The notes beneath the pieces were generated by a model. That model worked only from the letters and a program-made list of their open reading frames with translations. It was not told the DNA's origin and ran no database searches. Shown one piece after another: positions 37,469 through 45,393 of a stretch of DNA of 45,393 bases. Every line of letters begins with the position of its first letter. Positions within the stretch are counted from its first letter, which is position 1. This DNA comes from an uncultured Cellvibrionaceae bacterium. Lineage in GTDB: Bacteria; Pseudomonadota; Gammaproteobacteria; Pseudomonadales; Cellvibrionaceae. Both the position numbers and the translations under genes were made by a program. Location of the stretch: the NCBI GenBank assembly GCA_964440135.1, contig CAYTQQ010000014.1, positions 1-45,393 on the forward strand, given 5' to 3'.

Positions 37469-38116
37469 ATGTCGCAAAGCTCCACCGTATTACTGGTCGA
37501 TGACCACCCATTGCTGCGCAAAGGCCTGCAGCAATTGCTCAGTTTGGCGGACGATCTGGAGGTTGTTGGTGAAGCGAGCAATGGTGCAGACGCCATTAAA
37601 CTCGGGGTTGAACTGGATCCCGACCTCATCCTTCTCGACCTGAATATGCACGAGATGGACGGCTTGGAAACCTTAACTCGCCTGCGTGATGAAGGCGTCA
37701 CCTCGCGCATCGTGATGCTGACCGTTTCCGATGCCAATGAAGATGTTCTGGATGCTATCAGGCGCGGTGCCGACGGCTATTTGCTCAAGGATATGGAGCC
37801 GGAGCAATTGCTTGAGCAAATTCAACGGGCGCTGCAGGGTAAGCTGGTAATGAGTGAGGCGGTGACGCAAGTGCTGGCCCGCGCTGTTCGCAAACCGCAA
37901 AAAAATCCGCACGCCTCCCTGGAAAGCCTCACCAGTCGTGAGCGCGAAATTATCAAACTGATTGCCAAAGGCTTGAGCAATAAATTAATTGCGCGAGAAT
38001 TGGATATTTCCGATGGCACGGTAAAAGTACACGTCAAACACCTACTTAAAAAATTAGGCCTGCGCTCACGGGTTGAAGCCGCCGTCTGGATGGTTAATCA
38101 CAAACCTACTGAATGA
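37469..38116 (+). CDS. narL: Nitrate/nitrite response regulator
   Basis: LLVDDHPLLRKG, DLILLDLNM, GADGYLLKDMEPE, LuxR HTH TVKVHVKHLLKKLGLRSRVEAAVW; start ATG 37469 with RBS GGAG. Confidence 0.95.
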   Translation: MSQSSTVLLVDDHPLLRKGLQQLLSLADDLEVVGEASNGADAIKLGVELDPDLILLDLNMHEMDGLETLTRLRDEGVTSRIVMLTVSDANEDVLDAIRRGADGYLLKDMEPEQLLEQIQRALQGKLVMSEAVTQVLARAVRKPQKNPHASLESLTSREREIIKLIAKGLSNKLIARELDISDGTVKVHVKHLLKKLGLRSRVEAAVWMVNHKPTE

Positions 38117-38156
38117 GCGATCAAAAAAACAGAGTGAAAAAGTAGAGGTAAGACCG

Positions 38157-39404
38157 GTGAAAAACTGTTGCGATGAACAGCATTTATTACCCATAGAAGA
38201 TGCATTGGCGCAAATGAAAACGCGCGTGAACGCGGTGAACAGCACAGAACGGATCCACCTTACACAGGCTCTGGATCGAATCTTGGCAGAGGATCTTACT
38301 GCGCGCATCAACGTGCCCGCTCACGCGAATTCTGCGATGGATGGCTACGCCATTTGTATCGATGACACACAAACGCCATCGACAAATTTTCGCATAATCG
38401 GCAGCGTTTTGGCCGGCCATTCTTTTAACGGCAAACTCACTGCCGGAACCTGCATACGCATCACCACTGGCGCCCCCATTCCTGCCGGTGCCAACTGCGT
38501 CGTCATGCAAGAAAATGTCGACCTTATCACCGCCGGAGACGACCAATACATTCGGCTGAAGCACACACCTCGACTGGCGGACAATATTCGTCAGCGCGGC
38601 GAAGATATTGCCGAGGGCGATGGGGTGATTCAAAAAGGCAAGCGTCTGAACCCTCTGGATATTGGCCTCATTGCATCGCTGGGTATTGCGGAAGTTGAGG
38701 TGCTCCGACGCCTGCGAATTGCCGTGGTTTCCACGGGTGACGAGCTGATACCACCGGGCGACGCATTGCCTCCCGGCCACATTTATGACAGTAACCGCTA
38801 CGCCATCACCGCCCTACTCCAGCGCCTGAATGTTGAGGTGATGGATCTGGGTTTACTCCCCGATCAGCCCGACACCATTCGCCGCACCTTTGCTCGCGCG
38901 GCGGAGCAAGCCGACGCAGTCATCTCCAGCGGTGGCGTTTCGGTCGGCGACGCGGATTATGTCAAAGACGTTTTAGCGGAATTGGGGCAAATTAATTTCT
39001 GGAAAGTGGCCATCAAACCTGGAAAGCCTTTTGCTTTTGGTCAATTAGGCAAAAGCGTTTTTTTCGGTTTACCTGGTAATCCTGTTTCCGCCATGGTCAC
39101 CCTGCATCAACTCGCCCTTCCCATACTTCGGCATATGGCGGGAGAAACGCTAAAACCCACGGTAATGTTCGCGGCAACCACCGCATCGAAGATAAAAAAA
39201 CGATCCGGCCGCACCGACTATCAACGCGGTCAACTCAGCGACAGCCAGGGCAGTCTCTACGTCAACACCACCGGCGCGCAAGGCTCAGGGGTTATGACCT
39301 CCTTCAGCAATGGTGATTGCTACATCATTCTGGACCGCGAGTGTGGCTCGGTGGAGGAGAACAGTCTCGTTAGTGTTCTTCCCTTCGATCGCTTTATTCA
39401 ATAA
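38157..39404 (+). CDS. moeA: Molybdopterin molybdotransferase
   Basis: NSAMDGYA, STGDEL, SSGGVSVGDAD, KPGKP, GLPGNPVS; GTG 38157 with RBS GAGG. Confidence 0.95.
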   Translation: MKNCCDEQHLLPIEDALAQMKTRVNAVNSTERIHLTQALDRILAEDLTARINVPAHANSAMDGYAICIDDTQTPSTNFRIIGSVLAGHSFNGKLTAGTCIRITTGAPIPAGANCVVMQENVDLITAGDDQYIRLKHTPRLADNIRQRGEDIAEGDGVIQKGKRLNPLDIGLIASLGIAEVEVLRRLRIAVVSTGDELIPPGDALPPGHIYDSNRYAITALLQRLNVEVMDLGLLPDQPDTIRRTFARAAEQADAVISSGGVSVGDADYVKDVLAELGQINFWKVAIKPGKPFAFGQLGKSVFFGLPGNPVSAMVTLHQLALPILRHMAGETLKPTVMFAATTASKIKKRSGRTDYQRGQLSDSQGSLYVNTTGAQGSGVMTSFSNGDCYIILDRECGSVEENSLVSVLPFDRFIQ

Positions 39405-39439
39405 AGCGATCAACACGCCACTCACACTGCTGCTCCGTT

Positions 39440-39530
39440 CACCATACCTCCGAAGAGATAGTGAAACTGTCACTTGAGGCGAATAATAATGCCTTCACCT
39501 TCGCGCTATTGTTGACATCAACAAAGGTGC
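39440..39530 (+). ncRNA. Possible degenerate Moco riboswitch-like leader of moaA
   Basis: CUCCGA near the 5' end, GAUAG-UGAAA-CUGUC hairpin, AGGC/GCCU stem, and AAAGGUG immediately before the start codon; position fits but the match is partial. Confidence 0.3.
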
Positions 39531-39535
39531 CCCCC

Positions 39536-40516
39536 ATGTTGATTGATCAGTTTGCGCGTCGTTTTACCTATCTGCGTTTATCCGTCACCGAAGCCTGTAA
39601 CTTTCGCTGCAATTATTGTCTCCCTGAAGGCACAGATTGCAGTACCGCTCGCCGCGCACAGGATCTCACCCTGACGGAAATTCGCCGCTTAGTAACTGCT
39701 TTTTCGCAACTGGGAACACGCAAAGTTCGCATCACCGGTGGCGAACCCTCATTACGCCGCGACCTAGCCGATATTATCGCCACCTGCAAAGCCGTTCCCG
39801 GCATCGAACAGGTAGCGCTGACCACCAATGGCTATCGCTTGCTGCAAGACTTGCCTGCGTGGAAAGCCGCCGGTCTGGACGCTCTCAATGTGAGTGTCGA
39901 TAGTTTGGATGCTGTCCGCTTTCAATTGATCACCGGCCACGACAAATTGGAAAAAACCCTGAAAGGCCTGAGCTTGGCCGAAGACCTTGGGTTTTCCAAA
40001 TTAAAAATCAACAGTGTGTTAATGCGGGAGTTTAATGACGACGCATTGGATAATTTTTTTGAATTTGTCCGCACGCGCCCGCTCACTGTTCGCTTTATTG
40101 AATTAATGCAGACGTGCGACAACAGTGAATTTTTTGCGCGGCACCACTTGAGTGGAATGAATATCGTTGAACGCTGCCTGTCCCTGGGCTGGCAGGAGCG
40201 CGACCGACTGCCTCATGGAGGACCTGCCCGAGAGTTTTTTCATCCAGATTATTGCGGTGGCATAGGGCTTATCATGCCCTACAGCAAAGATTTTTGTGCA
40301 ACCTGCAATCGTCTGCGTGTATCCAGTGACGGAAAGTTATTTCTGTGTCTTTTTACGGATGATCACCAAAGCCTACGTCCGCTATTGCAGAGCGACCAGC
40401 AGTTACCTGAGCTGATGACTCATCTACAACATCAAGTCCACGGAAAACGTATTTCCCACGATTTGCATCGCGGCCACACAGGCTCCACCCGCCAGCTGGC
40501 AATGATCGGTGGCTAA
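39536..40516 (+). CDS. moaA: GTP 3',8-cyclase
   Basis: YLRLSVTEACNFRCNYC, TGGEP, FCATCNRLR, C-terminal IGG. Confidence 0.96.
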   Translation: MLIDQFARRFTYLRLSVTEACNFRCNYCLPEGTDCSTARRAQDLTLTEIRRLVTAFSQLGTRKVRITGGEPSLRRDLADIIATCKAVPGIEQVALTTNGYRLLQDLPAWKAAGLDALNVSVDSLDAVRFQLITGHDKLEKTLKGLSLAEDLGFSKLKINSVLMREFNDDALDNFFEFVRTRPLTVRFIELMQTCDNSEFFARHHLSGMNIVERCLSLGWQERDRLPHGGPAREFFHPDYCGGIGLIMPYSKDFCATCNRLRVSSDGKLFLCLFTDDHQSLRPLLQSDQQLPELMTHLQHQVHGKRISHDLHRGHTGSTRQLAMIGG

Positions 40517-40553
40517 CTGTTCTTTTTTCTGTTTTTCTGTTTTTGGAGATGCC

Positions 40554-41093
40554 ATGTCACATTCTTGCCCAAGTCAGCACATTCCTTTAGCCATTTCCGT
40601 GCTCACGGTATCTGATACCCGTCATTATGAAAATGACATCTCGGGCGATTATTTAATTGACGCACTAACAACAGCGGGGCACTTGCTCGCCGACCGCGTG
40701 CTAGTCAAAGATGATATTTATCAAATTCGCGCCCAGGTATCCCAATGGATTGCCAACGAAAAGATTCAAGTAATTTTGATTACCGGGGGAACTGGCTTTA
40801 CCAAGCGGGATTCAACACCAGAAGCCATTATGCCTTTGCTGGATAAACACATCGAAGGCTTCGGCGAACTCTTTCGGCAACTTTCGTGGGCAGAAATCGG
40901 CACCTCAACCATCCAGTCTCGCGCCCTCGCGGGCCTCGCCAATCACACCCTGGTTTGCTGCCTGCCGGGGTCTACCGGCGCGTGTCGAACAGGATGGCAA
41001 GGCATTTTGGAAAAACAACTCGACGCTCGACAAGGTCCCTGTAATTTTGTTTCTCACCTAAGCCAAAAATCCGCCTGTGAAACCCGGAATTAG
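40554..41093 (+). CDS. moaB: Molybdenum cofactor biosynthesis protein B
   Basis: [44 protein letters not shown]. Confidence 0.94.
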   Translation: MSHSCPSQHIPLAISVLTVSDTRHYENDISGDYLIDALTTAGHLLADRVLVKDDIYQIRAQVSQWIANEKIQVILITGGTGFTKRDSTPEAIMPLLDKHIEGFGELFRQLSWAEIGTSTIQSRALAGLANHTLVCCLPGSTGACRTGWQGILEKQLDARQGPCNFVSHLSQKSACETRN

Positions 41094-41150
41094 CGCTCTT
41101 AGGTTTAGAGCTTCATGGGCAGAGCAAATGGTTGCTGATGGTGAACAAAT

Positions 41151-41176
41151 AAAAAGGGAGCGGCTGCTCCCTTTTT
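41151..41176. terminator. Bidirectional terminator between moaB and porin
   Basis: AAAAAGGGAGC-GGCT-GCTCCCTTTTT. Confidence 0.85.
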
Positions 41177-42124
41177 TTAGAAACGAAAATCCATTCCAAT
41201 ACCGGCGTAGCTATTATCCACTACATCTCCGGCGACACCTTCATCTTCCGCAGTTATGGCGGTATAAAAGCCGTACACTTTAACGTTTTTACTGAGCTTA
41301 TAATCCGCACCTATGCTCATTGACTCGCTTTCATCTGTGGTCAAACCTGTTCCATAACTGAAGGCGATTTCAGATTGGGCATACTGTGCTTTAAGGGCCC
41401 ACTTGCTGTTCAGGTTGTACAGTGCGGATACCATCCAGGCATCTTGACTGTCTGCACCCTCTGCTTCGTATTGCTCATATAAGAGACCCAGCTGCCATGC
41501 GCTGATATCGTATTGTGCAATTGCCCGCAGCGCTTCAGCGTTTTCCGCTTCTACGTCCTGGTCGAATGCTAAAGCCAAATAGAGGCTGTCCGAGGTGTAG
41601 GTCAGAGAGAGAGACTTGCCGTCGTCCCGATCTTCATCTTCGCTCGCTATATAGGCCAAGTGTGCAACAAATCCACTGGCGGAAGGCGATGAATACATCA
41701 CGGTGTTATCGGTACGGTTGTCGTTGGGGGAGATGTAGTTTTTGATATCACCGCGCAAATCGTTAAATAAATCGACTTTGTTTTGTGCGTTTTTAAGCGG
41801 GGTATCGATGTGGCCACCGATGATCTGACCAAAATCGCCTTTAACTCCGATAAAAATATTGCGCTGCTTCAAGGCATCATCGTCGTTATCATCCACATTG
41901 GCTTCGTATTCAAACTGGTAAATGACTTCCACCGAATCATTCAGCTTTTCGGAGCCTTTAATACCGACTCTCGATGAGTTGCTTTCCAGTGCGCTGTGGC
42001 TGGTATCGCCTTCCTCCACCCATTCCAAAGAAACATTGGCCTTTCCGTACAGAGTAATGTCTGCCATAGCCATTGCAGGTGCAAGGCTAGCCAATGTAAC
42101 AAATACACTCAGTTTGTTTTTCAT
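41177..42124 (-). CDS. Gram-negative porin
   Basis: Signal peptide (AMA/D), TLYGKANVS, SSRVGIKGSE, RNIFIGVKGDFG, C-terminal Phe; ATG 42124 with RBS GGAG. Confidence 0.9.
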   Translation of the reverse strand: MKNKLSVFVTLASLAPAMAMADITLYGKANVSLEWVEEGDTSHSALESNSSRVGIKGSEKLNDSVEVIYQFEYEANVDDNDDDALKQRNIFIGVKGDFGQIIGGHIDTPLKNAQNKVDLFNDLRGDIKNYISPNDNRTDNTVMYSSPSASGFVAHLAYIASEDEDRDDGKSLSLTYTSDSLYLALAFDQDVEAENAEALRAIAQYDISAWQLGLLYEQYEAEGADSQDAWMVSALYNLNSKWALKAQYAQSEIAFSYGTGLTTDESESMSIGADYKLSKNVKVYGFYTAITAEDEGVAGDVVDNSYAGIGMDFRF

Positions 42125-42406
42125 AAACACTCCCAAAAGAAAGCCACAAGGTGGCGGATACAATGCTATTTCTACGGCGAAGCATGGCAATGGCGCGCAA
42201 TATAGGCGCTAAATATGACAGCCAGATGACAGGCCTATGGCGTAGGAATCAGTGCTTTATCGAAAGCCATGAGCTTGAGTATCAAGCATCGTCTTTGGTC
42301 TTTGGCTTGGTCTTAGGTTTGGTCTTTGATCTTTAGTCTCAACCACAGCCATTAGTATCAACAAAGACTCACCAAAAAATTTGACACAGATTAACAGGTT
42401 ATAAGA

Positions 42407-42432
42407 AAAAGGGCCGCATATGCGGCCCTTTT
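42407..42432. terminator. Intrinsic terminator after the hypothetical gene
   Basis: Perfect palindrome AAAAGGGCCGCA-TA-TGCGGCCCTTTT. Confidence 0.85.
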
Positions 42433-42460
42433 CGTTAGTGGTAGCTTGTCGTCACCAATG

Positions 42461-44629
42461 TCATAATTCCGCTGGTGGCTGATCTGCGGTTACCGGGGTG
42501 GCAATCTGTGAAAACCACGGGCATTTTCCGCTCATCAAACACCAGCCACCGATGGCTAGCCCAATCAGTATGAGCAGCAGCACCATAATCCTCCCCCAGG
42601 GAGTTTTCTTTTCTGCGTAGGGGTCGGCCAGATTGCGGCGTGAGCCCGGTGGCAGTTTTGCCACTTCCGTCAGCTTGCCGCCGAAGGGGACATTGATTTT
42701 CACTTGACCGTTTACCGCCCAACCCGAGGCATCCAAAATCGGCCCCAAGTTGCGTTGACGCAGCTTCAGCCAGGCAATAAAGACCGACGGCCCGCTGATT
42801 AGCAACAAAAGTCCTACAAGACCTACAGGCATCAACCAGCCGAGACCAAAAAAGGCTTGCAGGAGCAGGCCAAGCGCGGTGGTAACACCCCCGACGGCGA
42901 CACCCAGAGCGGCCACAACGCCTATATCAATCTTCGGTTTTGGCCCCGCCTTTGCGGCAGCGGGATCGGTCGTGGTCAGAGTTTTCTCGGCGGTACTCTG
43001 CAGCAGCGTTTCGCTCGACTTTTCCGCATTAGCGGCGCTTTTTGAGGCCTGCTCTTCCACAAAGCGGATCAACTTTTTATAAGGCGAGAAAAACGCCTGG
43101 GGAATGCTGATGGGGTTCTCGATCAGCTTGGTGATGGTGGCATCCCAATCCTGTCCCGCACGGTCGTAGAACACACCATTGCGACCCACCAAGAGATAGT
43201 CCGCTTCGCCGCCGGTAAAGGCGACGACTATGCTTTTCTTTGCTCCGTCGGACCGAGTGCAATCGCAATAGGCAAGGAAGCATTTGCTAAGCCCCGCCAG
43301 TACAGCGTGTTTGGCAGGGTCGTGCACCTCAATACAAAGATCACAGGCGCGACCGTCCAGATAGAGCGTCCCGGCTTCGAAAACTGCACGGTTTTCGTTG
43401 GAGTAAAAGTCGGTAAAGTTGACGAAGTTGTTGAGTAGTGAGACGAGATGCAAGCGCAAACGCAATAATTTTTCCACCGCCGCAAACGCTTGAACCTGTG
43501 GTTGTATCGCCAAATCCTGGCGAATCAAATCCTCTAAAGCCTCTTTATGGGTACCCTCAAGAACTTCCTGAATGCGCTCGGGCGTCAAGGCGGCTACCTC
43601 TTTACCGCCCTCACTGGCGAGCCACGCCTGAAAGGTGTCGAAACGCTGCTTCAATTCCTGCCAGTCTTCAAAGGACAGCCTGGGCAGATCGCCGGCCAAA
43701 GGAATGACGACATCACGCTTAAAGGTGGTTATTGCCTGCTCCCACGCCGGGTTGACGCCCTCATCCAATGGCAAAACGGCGTCAACCGTCACCAGCGCCA
43801 AGGGGAAATCCGCAAACTCATGACAATCTGCCGACAGCGCCTCGGCGGACAGCGCTGTCCACGCCGCCGCCGGCTGGTTGAGTTGCTCCACTGCGCGGGG
43901 ATCAAAACGACTGGCCCGGCAGCGGCTGAAATAGTCGTCGATTTTCTCGCGCACCGGAGTCAAGGCCGCGTAAGCGGTTTTGCAGTCCACCGATTTGAGC
44001 CAATCCGTGTTGCCCTGCTCCAGCCAGGTCGAGCGCGCACGCACGGCCGCATAAAATTTTTCCACGGCGGGTAGATCAATGCCGGGTTTGCCCGAGGCAT
44101 CCATAATGCCCGGACACGCCATCTGAATGTCTTCGATCAGCGCTTTCAGTTCTGTATCGTCAGTGGAATCCGTCAGTATGACGCCGTCGCCGTTTAGCGG
44201 GGCAACGGTAATGGCGGCCTGCTGGGATTCCGCGTCCGCCAGGGTGATCAGGCTCTCCTCCGGCTTGCCGAGAAACCGCAGCATGGTTTTAGCGCTGGCC
44301 AATATGGCAGCCCCCTCGGCATCGGCTTCATCCAACTCCGCCAGGGGAATCTCTGGCGCAGGCTGCAGCAGTAGATCAGGACTCTTGAGGCACTGGGTTG
44401 CCCATTTTACCGCTGCGAGAATTTCCGGTACTCGTATCCGCCCATCATTATCCGTATCTATAAGCCGTAGGGTTTTTTCATCGAAGAACAAACCCTTCAC
44501 CGGACAGGCCAGCGCCGCCCAGAGTTTTGGGTCTAATTCGTCCAGGTGTTTCAAGTCCTCGCCGGAACGCAGAAGTACTTGGTCGAAGTCGCCAATACGA
44601 GAAAAATTCCAAGGATAAGGAGTGCTCAT
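42461..44629 (-). CDS. Large hypothetical membrane protein with N-terminal EF-hand-like loop
   Basis: DTDNDGRIRVPE EF-hand loop; C-terminal Gly-rich hydrophobic segments; start ATG 44629 (ORF extends to 44698). Confidence 0.8.
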   Translation of the reverse strand: MSTPYPWNFSRIGDFDQVLLRSGEDLKHLDELDPKLWAALACPVKGLFFDEKTLRLIDTDNDGRIRVPEILAAVKWATQCLKSPDLLLQPAPEIPLAELDEADAEGAAILASAKTMLRFLGKPEESLITLADAESQQAAITVAPLNGDGVILTDSTDDTELKALIEDIQMACPGIMDASGKPGIDLPAVEKFYAAVRARSTWLEQGNTDWLKSVDCKTAYAALTPVREKIDDYFSRCRASRFDPRAVEQLNQPAAAWTALSAEALSADCHEFADFPLALVTVDAVLPLDEGVNPAWEQAITTFKRDVVIPLAGDLPRLSFEDWQELKQRFDTFQAWLASEGGKEVAALTPERIQEVLEGTHKEALEDLIRQDLAIQPQVQAFAAVEKLLRLRLHLVSLLNNFVNFTDFYSNENRAVFEAGTLYLDGRACDLCIEVHDPAKHAVLAGLSKCFLAYCDCTRSDGAKKSIVVAFTGGEADYLLVGRNGVFYDRAGQDWDATITKLIENPISIPQAFFSPYKKLIRFVEEQASKSAANAEKSSETLLQSTAEKTLTTTDPAAAKAGPKPKIDIGVVAALGVAVGGVTTALGLLLQAFFGLGWLMPVGLVGLLLLISGPSVFIAWLKLRQRNLGPILDASGWAVNGQVKINVPFGGKLTEVAKLPPGSRRNLADPYAEKKTPWGRIMVLLLILIGLAIGGWCLMSGKCPWFSQIATPVTADQPPAEL

Positions 44630-44763
44630 GCAAAGGTCCTTTAGGAAGGAAAGAGGGAAAACGGCGGCAATCATAATCCGAGCGCCCACAACTGTCACCC
44701 CAGCACAGCAGAGCGCCGATCTACGTCAACCGAGAATCGATTGGAGGCAGCCCCCTTGATGCC

Positions 44764-45393
44764 TTAGGGTTGCTGGCTTTCTTCCCACAGTTTGTCGAGG
44801 CGTTTTGCCGACACGGGTGCCCGCGTTTTTAATGTCTGGGCAAACAGCGACACACGCAACTCTTCCAGCATCCAGCGAAAGTGTTGCCAGGCAGCCTGTT
44901 GACGATACGCCGCTTCACCTTCTTTATGCAGACGAGCGCTGTGCTTTTCCCAGTATTGATGAAGTTGGCGGGTGGCGGATTTATCTTTTTGAATATCCAT
45001 CGGCGCTTTTTCCAGGCGCACCAGAACGGCCTTTAAATACCGCGGATACTGCTCCAGCCATTCCCAGGGCACCTCGCTCATAAAGCCCTTAAAAATAAGC
45101 TGTTCCAATTGCTGGTGAATATCGGCAAAGGTAGTGACCAACATTAATGGGTTGGCGGTGGTTTTTATTTTTTTGCGAATCTGTACCACCAAATCCAGGA
45201 TCTTCAGCAGCAAGCCCTCGTACTCATTGGCAAGTTGTACCAGGGTGTTTTTGCCACGAGATAGGGCTTCGGCAAAGGCCTGTTCATCCCGGGGCACGGC
45301 AAAACCTTCCAAGCAGGCGCGATAAACGGCTCCGCGAATCATATCCTGCACCACCTCATCACGGCGTCCCAGGCTCATAATGCTAAGTGCCAT
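44764..45393 (-). CDS. hrpA: ATP-dependent RNA helicase HrpA, C-terminal part (5' end beyond window)
   Basis: YPRYLKAV..RLEK and RWMLEELRVSLFAQTLKTRAPVSAKRL match the HrpA C-terminal (DUF3418) region. Confidence 0.88.
   Translation of the reverse strand: MALSIMSLGRRDEVVQDMIRGAVYRACLEGFAVPRDEQAFAEALSRGKNTLVQLANEYEGLLLKILDLVVQIRKKIKTTANPLMLVTTFADIHQQLEQLIFKGFMSEVPWEWLEQYPRYLKAVLVRLEKAPMDIQKDKSATRQLHQYWEKHSARLHKEGEAAYRQQAAWQHFRWMLEELRVSLFAQTLKTRAPVSAKRLDKLWEESQQP

Noticed and set aside
12010-41176. Mobile element or genomic island call for the anaerobic cluster
   Set aside because: No integrase, transposase, tRNA or att-like direct repeats seen

Overview
Window from a cellulolytic gammaproteobacterium; the poly-Ser-linked lipoprotein glycosidases are Cellvibrionaceae-like (inference). 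It has three parts. (1) 1-12 kb: a cellulose-utilisation locus on the minus strand, running TonB-dependent receptor > GH5 > GH45-like > GH9-CBM3c. The GH9 gene is missing from the ORF track because it runs off the window. All three enzymes are lipoproteins. The locus is divergent from an OxyR-like LysR regulator that lacks the redox cysteines, which is followed by a flavin-dependent halogenase. The ~970 bp spacer holds three copies of an OxyR-type box plus promoter; two drive paralogous ~120-130 nt putative sRNAs and the third drives the receptor. The GH45-like protein appears circularly permuted. (2) 12-41 kb: an anaerobic nitrate-respiration cluster containing qNor, ytfE, a DGC protein, split class II RNR nrdJab, ubiUVT, hemN, a PPIase, narGHJI, narX, fused NarK1-K2, a degenerate NarK, narL, moeA, moaA and moaB, with NsrR, FNR/Anr and NarL boxes. 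(3) 41-45 kb: a porin, a large EF-hand-like membrane protein of unknown function, and the 3' end of hrpA. All calls come from reading motifs by eye; no database searches were run.
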